Part shown: positions 28,868 through 37,427 of the stretch, in pieces
Layout of the letters: each line of letters starts with the position of its first letter
Numbering within the stretch: position 1 is the first letter of the stretch
Assembly (NCBI GenBank): GCA_035519535.1
Contig: DATIWF010000068.1
Coordinates: 610 to 64,609, forward strand
DNA length: 64,000 nucleotides
DNA from: Vicinamibacterales bacterium
GTDB taxonomy: Bacteria > Acidobacteriota > Vicinamibacteria > Vicinamibacterales > SCN-69-37
Direction: 5' to 3'
Notes under the pieces: generated by a model
The model's input: the letters and a program-made list of their open reading frames with translations, nothing else
What the model was told of the DNA's origin: nothing
Databases searched by the model: none
Made by a program: the position numbers and the translations under genes

Positions 28868-30325
28868 ATGGCACACCGAGCCTCCCGGCCGCTCACCCGT
28901 CGCGATGCGCTCTGCCGCATCGGCAATGGTTTCGGCATGCTGGCCTTTGCCAGCCTCGTCGGCCAGTCGCTCGAAGCGGCCGGGTTCCAGAACGGCCAGG
29001 CGCCCGAGGCCGGCGGCCGTCCGCCCGACCATCCCGCCCGCGCCAAGCGCGTGATTTTCCTGTACATGAACGGCGGGCTGTCGCAGGTGGACAGCTTCGA
29101 CCACAAGCCCATGCTCGAGAAGTACCACGGGCAGCCGCTGCCGGGTGGATCGATCGCGACCGAGCGGAAGACGGGGACGCTCCTCAAGTCGCCGTTCACG
29201 TTCAAACGGTACGGCGAGAGCGGCATCGAGATCAGCGAGCTCTTCCCGAACGTCGGCGAGTGCGCCGACGACATCTGCTTCATCCGGTCCGTCTACACCG
29301 ACATCCCGAATCACGAGCCGTCGATGCTCATGATGAACACGGGACACAGCCAGGTCGGCCGCCCGTCGCTCGGCTCGTGGCTGACCTACGGCCTCGGGAC
29401 CGACAACAAGAACCTGCCCGGCTTCGTCGTGCTCTGTCCGGACGTGCCGACGACCGTCGGACCGCCGCTCTGGAACAACGCCTTTCTGCCCGCGGTGCAC
29501 CAGGGCACGTACATCTCCGACAAGGTCGAGCGGCCCGATCAGATCATCGGCAAGGATTTCGACCCCAAGAAGCTCGTCCCGTTCATCAACAACCCGGATT
29601 TCGCGCTCGGCGAGCAGCGCCGCGAGCTGGACCTGATGGAGACGCTCGACCGGATCCGCCGCGAGGGCCAGCCGAAGGATCCGCAGCTCGAGGCAGCCAT
29701 CAGCTCGATGGAAGTCGCGTACCGGATGCAGACCGAGGCGCCCGACGTCTTCGACATCCGCAAGGAGAGCGAGGCGACGCTCAAGCTCTACGGCCCGGGC
29801 AGCACGGCGCGCGGCTGCCTGATGGCCGTGCGGCTCGTGGAGCGCGGCGTCCGCATGGTGCAGGTCTACTACGCGAAGGGCGATCCCTGGGATCACCACG
29901 CGGACATCCAGATGCACCGCAAGAACGCGAAGGACTCCGATCAGCCGTTCGCGGCGGTGATCAAGGACCTGAAGTCACGCGGGCTCCTCAAGGACACGCT
30001 CGTCGTCTGCGGATCGGAATTCGGGCGGACGCCGGTCGTGGAAATCGGCGGCGGCGCCGGCTCCGCGCAGAACGGCCGCGACCACAACCCGTTCGGCTTC
30101 ACGATGTGGCTCGCCGGCGGCGGCGTGAAAGGCGGCGTGACCTACGGCGCCACCGACGACTTCGGGTTCAAGGCGATCGACAAGCCCGTCCACGTGCACG
30201 ACCTGCACGCGACGATTCTCCACCTGCTCGGCATCGACCACACGAAGCTGACCTATCGCTACAGCGGACGCGACTTCCGGCTGACGGACGTGTCGGGGAA
30301 CGTGATCCACGAGATCATCGCGTAG
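28868..30325 (+). CDS. DUF1501 domain protein (sulfatase-like fold) with Tat signal
   Basis: Lies 5 nt after the previous stop. SRPLTRRDALCRIGNGFGMLAF leader. Typical DUF1501 blocks (FLYMNGGLSQVDSFDHKP, GSEFGRTP, GRDHNPFGFTMWLAGGG). Confidence 0.85.
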   Translation: MAHRASRPLTRRDALCRIGNGFGMLAFASLVGQSLEAAGFQNGQAPEAGGRPPDHPARAKRVIFLYMNGGLSQVDSFDHKPMLEKYHGQPLPGGSIATERKTGTLLKSPFTFKRYGESGIEISELFPNVGECADDICFIRSVYTDIPNHEPSMLMMNTGHSQVGRPSLGSWLTYGLGTDNKNLPGFVVLCPDVPTTVGPPLWNNAFLPAVHQGTYISDKVERPDQIIGKDFDPKKLVPFINNPDFALGEQRRELDLMETLDRIRREGQPKDPQLEAAISSMEVAYRMQTEAPDVFDIRKESEATLKLYGPGSTARGCLMAVRLVERGVRMVQVYYAKGDPWDHHADIQMHRKNAKDSDQPFAAVIKDLKSRGLLKDTLVVCGSEFGRTPVVEIGGGAGSAQNGRDHNPFGFTMWLAGGGVKGGVTYGATDDFGFKAIDKPVHVHDLHATILHLLGIDHTKLTYRYSGRDFRLTDVSGNVIHEIIA

Positions 30326-30357
30326 GGATCACGCGGCGTTTCTGCTCGATCCACCCT

Positions 30358-31965
30358 CTATCGCTGCGGAGCCGCGCAGGCGGTGTTCCCGGCCGCGTCG
30401 GTCGCACACACGCGGTAGCTCGTCGTCGCCGTGAACACGGCCGGCATCACGGCGCGCCAGAGGTATTCCCCGTACCACTTCATCGCCGTCGTCGTCGGCC
30501 CCTGCGGCGACGTCCACTCGACGCCGACGCGTTTGAAGTCGAAGTCCTCCGCGGGACTCTTCCGATCGTGGACCCGCGCGCGGACCTGAAAGCCGCCGCT
30601 CGCGTTCGACCAGGTGCTCACGAGCCCGACGTACGGCGGCGCCGTGTCGGGCCTGAGGCCGACGCCGAAGAACACGCGCTCGTCGAGCGCCTGGGGGTTT
30701 TCGCCCTGCGCCTGCACGACATCGATCCGGCCGTCGCCGTCGAGATCGGCGACGGCGAGGCCGAGCGTCCCCGGCGTCGGCGCGCCGTCGAACACGTCCG
30801 TCGCCACGCGCAGGCGACCCTTGCCGTCGTTGATCATGAGCCGGTCCGGCCCCGAGAGGGACCCGATCAGGAAGTCCGCGTGCCCGTCGGAATCGTAGTC
30901 GAGAAACGCGGCGACGTTGTCGTCCTCGCCGATGTTCTGATCCGGCGGCCACCAGAGCGCGGTCGCGTCACGGTAGCGGCCCCGGCCGTCGTTGCGGAAG
31001 ACGTGCTCGCGCCGGTTCGAGCCCTGCTCCTTGAGGATGTCGCCGTCGTTGATCGTCACGAGATCGAGGAAGCCGTCCTCGTCGAGGTCCATCGCCTCGA
31101 AGTCGTAGTTGTTCGTGTACTGAGGGATGGTGCCGGCGGCGTCCGCGAACTTCCCTGCCCCGTCGTTTCTGAACAGGTAGCCGCCCCCGCACCGCTTGCA
31201 CGAGACGACGATGTCGAGGTCGTAGTCGTTGTCGACGTCCACCAGCTCCAGGTCCCACGAAAACCGCACGAGCGCGTCCGGCATGCGCGTCTCGGTCGCG
31301 TCCGCGAAGCGGCCGGCGCCGTCGTTGAGCCACAACATGACTCGCCCGCCGACGTTCGTCATGTTGTTGCCCGGCCCCCAGTCGGCCAGCACGAGGTCGA
31401 GATCGCCGTCGCCGTCCACGTCGCCGACTTCAATGTCGCCGATGCTCGCGACCTGGCGCGGCAGATTCGTCTCGGTGACTTCCTTGAAGCGTCCCCCGCC
31501 CGTCCCCAGGTAGAGGCGGCTCTGCGACTGGAACGTGTTGCCGACGATCAGGTCGACGATGCCGTCGCCGTTGAGGTCGCGGGCTTTGATCACGCGCGTC
31601 AGGCCGGGCGTGCCAAACACCTCGCGGCTGTGGTCCTCCCAGGGCCGCCCCGGCCCGGGATTGAACCACGCGCCGTTCATCTCGGGCGTCCCCGCATCGG
31701 AGTAGTTGCCGCCGTTCGCGAACAGCAGATCGGGCCGGCCATCGCCGTTGAGGTCCGCAACCTCGACCTTGTTCGTCCAGCCGGCGGTCTTGCCGATGGT
31801 GTCGGCCGTGACGTCCTTCCACAGATGGGTCGGCAGCGGGCCTTGCGCGTGCAGCACGACCATCAGGCCCCAGGCCAACGGCCCCAGGAGCAAGATGAGC
31901 GGACGCGGACCGAACCCGACGACCCGGGCGAACCCGCCGACCCCGACGAACCGCGTCCTCGTCAT
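30358..31965 (-). CDS. FG-GAP/VCBS repeat beta-propeller protein
   Basis: Seven repeats such as VADLNGDGRPDLLFANGG, DLNGDGIVDLIVGN, VGDVDGDGDLDLVLADWG, VADLDGDGRIDVV. The start overlaps the upstream stop (ATGA). Confidence 0.8.
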   Translation of the reverse strand: MTRTRFVGVGGFARVVGFGPRPLILLLGPLAWGLMVVLHAQGPLPTHLWKDVTADTIGKTAGWTNKVEVADLNGDGRPDLLFANGGNYSDAGTPEMNGAWFNPGPGRPWEDHSREVFGTPGLTRVIKARDLNGDGIVDLIVGNTFQSQSRLYLGTGGGRFKEVTETNLPRQVASIGDIEVGDVDGDGDLDLVLADWGPGNNMTNVGGRVMLWLNDGAGRFADATETRMPDALVRFSWDLELVDVDNDYDLDIVVSCKRCGGGYLFRNDGAGKFADAAGTIPQYTNNYDFEAMDLDEDGFLDLVTINDGDILKEQGSNRREHVFRNDGRGRYRDATALWWPPDQNIGEDDNVAAFLDYDSDGHADFLIGSLSGPDRLMINDGKGRLRVATDVFDGAPTPGTLGLAVADLDGDGRIDVVQAQGENPQALDERVFFGVGLRPDTAPPYVGLVSTWSNASGGFQVRARVHDRKSPAEDFDFKRVGVEWTSPQGPTTTAMKWYGEYLWRAVMPAVFTATTSYRVCATDAAGNTACAAPQR

Positions 31966-33482
31966 GTCGCACTCTGCCTTGCCGTTTCGCGGATCGCGCG
32001 GCCAGCGCCGCGGAGGTTGTCGAGTCGCATCTCGGAGTACTTCCGCGAGAGCAGGACGCCGTGGGCGCCGCCGTCGAACGCGGCCTTCACCGCCTGGTAG
32101 GCGTCATCGGGCGTCGTCTTCTTGCTCGACGCCGCTGTCGGAATGTCGATGTCGATTCCCGGCCAGATCATCATCGCCGGCCCGGCGCCGGCGACAGCCC
32201 GCTCGGTCTCGCGCCGGACGTAGTCGGCGCCCAGCCCGGCCGCGGCCAGCCGGTCGAGCGGCTGGTCGTAATAGCGCTGGACGTCGTAGGTGAACTCGAG
32301 CACCTGGTCGGGCGTGAGGTCCGCAAAAATCGATCGCTGCGTGCTGCGGACGTACTGGGCGAGGCGCTCGCCGCCGCAGAAGTTGTACATGACGACCTTC
32401 AGGAAATCCGAGTAGCGCGCGAAATCGGCGTAGTCCTGCGCGGCGCGATAGAACGGCGAGAACGAGTTGTTGTGCCAGACGTGCCAGCCGATGCCCTTCG
32501 ACGGCGCGATCTCTTTGGCGAGCCGGTGCATGTCCCGATACGTGTCCTCGAGCGCGTCGTTCCAGAGTTTCTCCCACGCGAGTATCTCGGGGTACGTCAC
32601 GAGGAGCCGCCAGAATGTCACGAACGCGCCGTCGCGCGGGACGCGGCCGCCGCGAATGGCCGCGGCCCAGGCCATCAGCTCGGTGTAGCCGGCCTTCGCG
32701 CGGTCGACGTCGATGCCGCGGGACCGCGCCGCGGCCAGACAGTACTGGCAGAAACAGGCGACGCGGCCGCCCGCTCCCGCCCCGCCGTGGTTGGCGACGA
32801 GCACGTTGCCGAGCGGCCCCTGGCGCTCGCTGCCCCACATGAGGCCGTCCACGTCGTACGACCGCAGGTAGTCCTCGACCAGGCCGAGCCAGAAGTTGTG
32901 CGTGTGGGGATTGCGCGCGCAGGCGAAGTCGGACGGCGGCCCGGCCAGCACGACTTCCTGCGCCCGATCGAACCCGGGCGCCGCGACGTTCGCCGTGTAG
33001 CGGAGGACGTCCTCGAACCAGCAGATCACCCTCATGCCGCGCTTGTGCGCGGCCGGCAGCACGTCCGCGATCACGTCGTAGCCGGGATGGTCCGGCGCTT
33101 TCTCCGGCACGAGCGCCGTGTCGCGGTAGTACTGCGGGTGCGGCGTCGCATAGTTGCCGCCGTGGAACGTGTCCGCGTCGTACTGCTGCTTGCCGTGATC
33201 GGGCAGGGGCTGCGACGGCAGCTGGCGGCCGGCGATGCCGCGCCCGTACGTGAACGTCGCGAGGAAGACCGTGTTGATCCCCGCCAGCGCCTGAAACGCG
33301 TCGAGCACCGCGTCCGTGCCTTCGTCGACGAACGACACGGCGCCGGCCTGGATGCCGATCATGCGATCGTCGGGCGGGCGCTCGCGACCGGCGCGCGCGG
33401 ACCCCACGGGCGACGGCACGCCCGTGAGCAGCGCGCCGCCGGCCAGCACCGTCGAGGCTTCGAGGAATTGTCGTCGGTCCAC
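31962..33482 (-). CDS. Tat-exported hypothetical protein, possible TIM-barrel glycoside-hydrolase-like fold
   Basis: Start chosen at the in-frame GTG giving M-DRRQFLEASTVLAGGALL (twin-arginine), with GGGAGG 6 nt upstream. Upstream of that the ORF only translates the ATCGAT repeat. The fold call is a weak impression only. Confidence 0.55.
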   Translation of the reverse strand: MDRRQFLEASTVLAGGALLTGVPSPVGSARAGRERPPDDRMIGIQAGAVSFVDEGTDAVLDAFQALAGINTVFLATFTYGRGIAGRQLPSQPLPDHGKQQYDADTFHGGNYATPHPQYYRDTALVPEKAPDHPGYDVIADVLPAAHKRGMRVICWFEDVLRYTANVAAPGFDRAQEVVLAGPPSDFACARNPHTHNFWLGLVEDYLRSYDVDGLMWGSERQGPLGNVLVANHGGAGAGGRVACFCQYCLAAARSRGIDVDRAKAGYTELMAWAAAIRGGRVPRDGAFVTFWRLLVTYPEILAWEKLWNDALEDTYRDMHRLAKEIAPSKGIGWHVWHNNSFSPFYRAAQDYADFARYSDFLKVVMYNFCGGERLAQYVRSTQRSIFADLTPDQVLEFTYDVQRYYDQPLDRLAAAGLGADYVRRETERAVAGAGPAMMIWPGIDIDIPTAASSKKTTPDDAYQAVKAAFDGGAHGVLLSRKYSEMRLDNLRGAGRAIRETARQSAT

Positions 33483-33488
33483 AGACTG

Positions 33489-33516
33489 CCTCCCGGGGTG
33501 ATGGTAACCCGGGAGG
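33489..33516 (-). promoter_or_regulatory. hairpin that can sequester the Shine-Dalgarno of the 33482 gene (CCUCCCGGG-N10-CCCGGGAGG)
   Basis: Perfect 9-bp arms at 33489-33497 and 33508-33516. The 3' arm on the mRNA is the GGGAGG SD, 6 nt before the GTG. Confidence 0.3.
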
Positions 33517-33530
33517 CATCGACAATCGAC

Positions 33531-33893
33531 GATCGATAATCGGGCAATCGACGAGCCATCGATGATCGATGATGGACATCGAGCATCGGGCATCGCCATC
33601 GATCATCGGGCATCGATATCGATCATCGGTCATCGACATCGATCATCGGATCGCCGATCACCTCGATGATCGATGACCGACGCCGTTGGACGATGGCCGA
33701 TGGGTTGGATCGATGGTCGATATCGTTCATCGATGACCGATGGCGATGCCCGATGGCCGATGGGTTGATCGATGGTCGATGTCGTTCATCGATGACCGAT
33801 GTCGATGCCCGATGGCAGATGGCCGATGCGTTGATCGATGGTCGATATCGTTCATCGATAACCGATGGCTCTGCGATTGCCCGATTATCGATC
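33531..33893. repeat. giant ATCGAT/GATC-rich palindromic region with three and a half tandem ~60-bp units
   Basis: Outer perfect 20-bp inverted repeat GATCGATAATCGGGCAATCG at 33531-33550 and 33874-33893. Inner 25-bp inverted repeat at 33584-33608 and 33731-33755 (1 mismatch). Tandem units start at 33670, 33730, 33789 and 33855. Confidence 0.85.
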
Positions 33894-33908
33894 GCCCGAT
33901 TCCCGATG

Positions 33909-36900
33909 TCAGAAGCCCTGGCGCAGCCCGACCTGCCAGTACCAGCGGCTGTCGAGGCGATCGAGCGGGTGCGAGGCGGCCACTTCGAGGACGAGGAAGC
34001 CGAAGACGTTGACACGAGCCGCGCCGCCGTAGCTGCGGAGGAGATCCTGCGTGCCGCCGAGGAACGAGGGGCGCGTGTTGCTGCTCCAGGTCACGCCCGC
34101 GTCGAAGAAGCCCGCGATTTCGACGGGAATGCGGCCGTACTGGATGTCGCCCTTGAACAGGCCGTAGAGCGGCGCGCGCACCTCGATGTTGCCGACGAAA
34201 ATCCGGCTGCCCTCGAGGCTCTGGAATACGCCGCATTGGGTCGTGCCGTTCGGCAACAGGACGCAGTCTGCCGACGTGAACGTTCCGAAGCCGTATCCGT
34301 GGACCAGATCCGGATAGCCCGCGTACAGCGGCACCAGGCGCGGGTCCTCCGCGTCGGCGCCGTACCGCCCGTAGTGCAGCGCGCGAAACGCCACCGTGAT
34401 GGGACGCTTCGGCATGACGTACCGGCGCCAGTCGATCAGCAGGCCGGAGAAATTCAGCGTGCCGACGCTGCGGTCGAGCTCGAGCCGGTAGCGCTCGCCG
34501 TAGAGCGGACTCGTCGCGCCGAAGAACGACGTGTCGTGGACGAGCGCGACGCTGCCCTCGCCCGTGTTGATCGGATCGGCCAGCGTCGACTTCGTCACGG
34601 TGCGCGACTGCAAGGTGCCAAACGCATCGTACGTGCCCGTCTGCACTTCTTGCGTGAACGACAGCGAGCTGACGCCGCCCGAGAACTCGACCCGCGTCGC
34701 CCGATTGAGCGGGTACGCCGCCAGCCCGAACACCCCCCGGCTCGTCTGGCGCTCGATGACGTCGTTCACCAGCGTGGTCCCGGTGGGCGACTGCGTCAGC
34801 GTGAGAAACTCCGAGCGGTACGGCACCTGCGCGACGGACGTCGCCCAGTTCCAGCGGTGCTTGCGGTTGACGTAGAAGAGCTGGCCGCCGAAATCGGCGA
34901 ACGTGCCGTTGACGGTCGCGGACACGCCGAGGGCGCGGTCGCCCAACGTGTCGCCGAAGAGAAACGCGATGCTCCCGCCCACGTACCCGCCGAACGAGCT
35001 GACGCCCACGCCGACCGATGGCTGCGCGATCGCGTCAAGCGACAGGTGATCCTTGTAGGGCGACGACTCCGGCTTGATGGACACCGGCGGCAGGCCGCGG
35101 CCGGCGTCCGTGAGGTACCGCTCGACCTCGCCGTCTGGCACGGTCCGCCCGGCCAGCAGCGCCGCGCGCCCCCCCGCCGGCGGCGGCACCTGCGTGACGA
35201 TGTTCGACGGATCGAGCAGGTAGATCGACTGGCCGTCATCCTCGAACACGCTGAACGCGAGCCGTCCGGACGCCGCGGCGCTCGAGAGCGCCGGACTCGA
35301 CGTCGTGATGCCGGCGACGCCCGTCAGAAACGACGACACCTGATCGATCGGCCCGCCGTCGATGCCCATCCGATAGAGGTTGCTCACGCCGTCGGGCTCC
35401 GCGATGAACGTCAGCGTGCGGCCATCCGCGGACACCTGCGGGCTGAGATGCTTGCCCTGCAGGAAGCCGGGAATCGGCGTCACGACGTGCGTCCCGAGGT
35501 CCAGGCGCGCCAGGCGGAGCGGACCGGACACGAGCGTCGCCAGGTCCGTGCTGAAGCGCTCCGTCACGAAGACGAGGGATTTGCCGTCGGGCGTGAACGC
35601 CGGCTCGAGGTCGGCGAACGGATCGTGCGTCAGCCGATCCAGCCGGCCGGAGTCGAGTGACAGCAGGTACAGATCCATCAATCCGCCGTGGTTGCCGCTG
35701 AGCGCCACCGACCGACCGTCGGGCGAGAACGTCGGATTGATCGCATCGTCGAGGCCGGGCAGGGGCACCTCGCGCGCGATGGTGCCGGATTTCGGATCGA
35801 GCAGGGCCAGCACGGGCCGACCCGATCGCACGGCGGTGATCGCGAGCCACCGGCCGTCCGGGCTCCAGGCGCCGGCCGAATCGAGGAACTCGAGGCTGTC
35901 GAAATGGGGATCGGTCGCCGAGTTCTCGAGCTTGTGGATGATGCGGCCGGACTCCGTGTCGGCGATGTACAGATCGATCGAAAACAGGTCGCGCTCCGAG
36001 AAGAACGCGACCTGGCGCCCGTCGGGGCTGAGCCGCGGACCGACGTTGTAGCGCCCGCTGCCGGTCGTGCGATTGACGATCATGCGGGACGAGCTGTCGA
36101 GCGACGACTGCCCCGCCGCGACCAGGTGCGTCGCCGCGATGATCGCGTCGTGCCACTGCGAATCGAGCTGGTCGGGCGTGCTGCCGAGCTGGCGCGCCAG
36201 CCCCATCAGGTCGAAGCGCGGGTTCGCGGCCGATCGAATCAGCGACGCGACCGCGCGGTCGCCGTATTTCGCCCCGACGAACGCCCAGAACGCGTGGCCC
36301 CAGCGATATGGAAAGTACTTCGGGTCGTCGAGGTCCTTCACGCTGGGCAGCTTCTCGCGCAGCGCGGCGTCGCGCAGCCACATCGCCGTCTGGGCATCGA
36401 CGGGCCCGAGCGAGAGGTACTCGGCCATGCCCTCGACAAACCACAGCGGAAACGCCAGGATGCCCGGCGCGGTGCCCGGGTTCCCGCGCGGGTCGTCGCC
36501 CGTCATGTCGAACTGGAAAGCGTGCACGAGCTCGTGCCCGAGCACGTGATCGGTGTCCGCAAGGGATCCGGCCACGGGCAGCACGATGCGGCGCTTCAGC
36601 GCTTCGGTCACGCCGCCGGTGCCCTCGCCGATCAGGCCCTCGATGACGTTGGTCTGGCGGAAGTGCGACGGCGCCGCGTAGAGCACGACGACCTGCCGGC
36701 TGCGGAGGTCGTGGTCGAAGAAGCGCGAGTACCGCGTGTACCACCGCTCGGCCATCCGGGACACGATGCCGGCGACCTCGGCTTCCTCGGGGTAGTAGTA
36801 GAGGTCGAAGTGCTGCGTCTTGAGGACCTGAAAGTCGAACGTGCGGTACTGGACCTTGTTCTGACCGAAGTACTGCGCGCCGGCGATCGCCGGCGCGCAG

Positions 36901-36959
36901 GCGAGGCTCAACCCGACCCACGCCGCCACGCGCCACGCCGCCGACCGACGTCCCACCAC
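33909..36959 (-). CDS. outer-membrane protein fusing an HExxH (peptidase MA-like) domain, TolB-like beta-propellers and a C-terminal Omp85/D15 beta-barrel
   Basis: Signal peptide. HVLGHELVHAFQF plus WFVEGMAEY (gluzincin-like). PD40 repeats (LSPDGRQVAF, WSPDGRWLA, FSPDGRSVA, FTPDGKSLVF, VSADGRTLTF). Barrel-like C-terminal 400 aa ending ...VGLRQGF. Confidence 0.8.
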   Translation of the reverse strand: MVGRRSAAWRVAAWVGLSLACAPAIAGAQYFGQNKVQYRTFDFQVLKTQHFDLYYYPEEAEVAGIVSRMAERWYTRYSRFFDHDLRSRQVVVLYAAPSHFRQTNVIEGLIGEGTGGVTEALKRRIVLPVAGSLADTDHVLGHELVHAFQFDMTGDDPRGNPGTAPGILAFPLWFVEGMAEYLSLGPVDAQTAMWLRDAALREKLPSVKDLDDPKYFPYRWGHAFWAFVGAKYGDRAVASLIRSAANPRFDLMGLARQLGSTPDQLDSQWHDAIIAATHLVAAGQSSLDSSSRMIVNRTTGSGRYNVGPRLSPDGRQVAFFSERDLFSIDLYIADTESGRIIHKLENSATDPHFDSLEFLDSAGAWSPDGRWLAITAVRSGRPVLALLDPKSGTIAREVPLPGLDDAINPTFSPDGRSVALSGNHGGLMDLYLLSLDSGRLDRLTHDPFADLEPAFTPDGKSLVFVTERFSTDLATLVSGPLRLARLDLGTHVVTPIPGFLQGKHLSPQVSADGRTLTFIAEPDGVSNLYRMGIDGGPIDQVSSFLTGVAGITTSSPALSSAAASGRLAFSVFEDDGQSIYLLDPSNIVTQVPPPAGGRAALLAGRTVPDGEVERYLTDAGRGLPPVSIKPESSPYKDHLSLDAIAQPSVGVGVSSFGGYVGGSIAFLFGDTLGDRALGVSATVNGTFADFGGQLFYVNRKHRWNWATSVAQVPYRSEFLTLTQSPTGTTLVNDVIERQTSRGVFGLAAYPLNRATRVEFSGGVSSLSFTQEVQTGTYDAFGTLQSRTVTKSTLADPINTGEGSVALVHDTSFFGATSPLYGERYRLELDRSVGTLNFSGLLIDWRRYVMPKRPITVAFRALHYGRYGADAEDPRLVPLYAGYPDLVHGYGFGTFTSADCVLLPNGTTQCGVFQSLEGSRIFVGNIEVRAPLYGLFKGDIQYGRIPVEIAGFFDAGVTWSSNTRPSFLGGTQDLLRSYGGAARVNVFGFLVLEVAASHPLDRLDSRWYWQVGLRQGF

Positions 36960-37004
36960 CTAGTGATAACACGCGCCACGAGACGCCGGGGCAGAGAACT
37001 GATG

Positions 37005-37046
37005 CCGGGAGTATTTTCCCTCCCCGCGACCGGAAAATACTCCCGG
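37005..37046. repeat. AT-rich palindromic element CCGGGAGTATTTTCC-N12-GGAAAATACTCCCGG
   Basis: Perfect 15-bp arms at 37005-37019 and 37032-37046, in the divergent region between 36959 and yggX. An extra half-site ACACGGGAGTATCTC lies at 37081-37095. Confidence 0.8.
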
Positions 37047-37096
37047 TGTCATTTCTCCAGTAAGATTTGTCGGGCAGACGACACGGGAGTATCTCG

Positions 37097-37390
37097 ATGG
37101 CCGCGGGCGACCACTCGGAACGACGCATCGTGCACTGCGTGAAGCTGCAGCGCGATCTGCCCGGGCTCGACGCCCCGCCGTGGCCCGGCCCGCTCGGTCA
37201 GCGCATCTACGAGCACGTGTCCGCCGAAGCCTGGGAGCTGTGGGAAGAGCGGATGAAGATGATCCTGAACGAGTACCGGCTGCTCCCGTTCCAGAAAGAG
37301 GCGCAGCAGCTCGTCGCGAAGCACATGGAGGAGTTCTTCTTCGGCGAGGGCGCGGCACTTCCGCCGGGCTACACGCCAGAGTCGCACTGA
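37097..37390 (+). CDS. yggX: Fe(2+)-trafficking / oxidative damage protection protein YggX
   Basis: RIVHCVKLQRDLPGLDAPPWPGPLGQRIYEHVSAEAWELWEERMKMILNEYRL is the YggX signature. In-frame ATG at 37097. Confidence 0.85.
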   Translation: MAAGDHSERRIVHCVKLQRDLPGLDAPPWPGPLGQRIYEHVSAEAWELWEERMKMILNEYRLLPFQKEAQQLVAKHMEEFFFGEGAALPPGYTPESH

Positions 37391-37427
37391 TCCGCACGTC
37401 GACCCGCACCCAGCTGGAGGGACCCGC

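Noticed and set aside
33670-33875. Possible CRISPR array, given regularly spaced repeated ~25-30-nt words with ~60-bp period.
   Set aside because: The whole 59-66-bp unit is repeated. There are no unique spacers between repeats. The units are themselves part of a larger palindrome. No cas genes are in the window.
33531-33893. Replication origin or SeqA-type GATC cluster.
   Set aside because: I saw no DnaA-box-like 9-mers (TTATCCACA-type), no AT-rich unwinding element and no dnaA/dnaN/gidA-type neighbours. The region lies between two ordinary same-strand genes.
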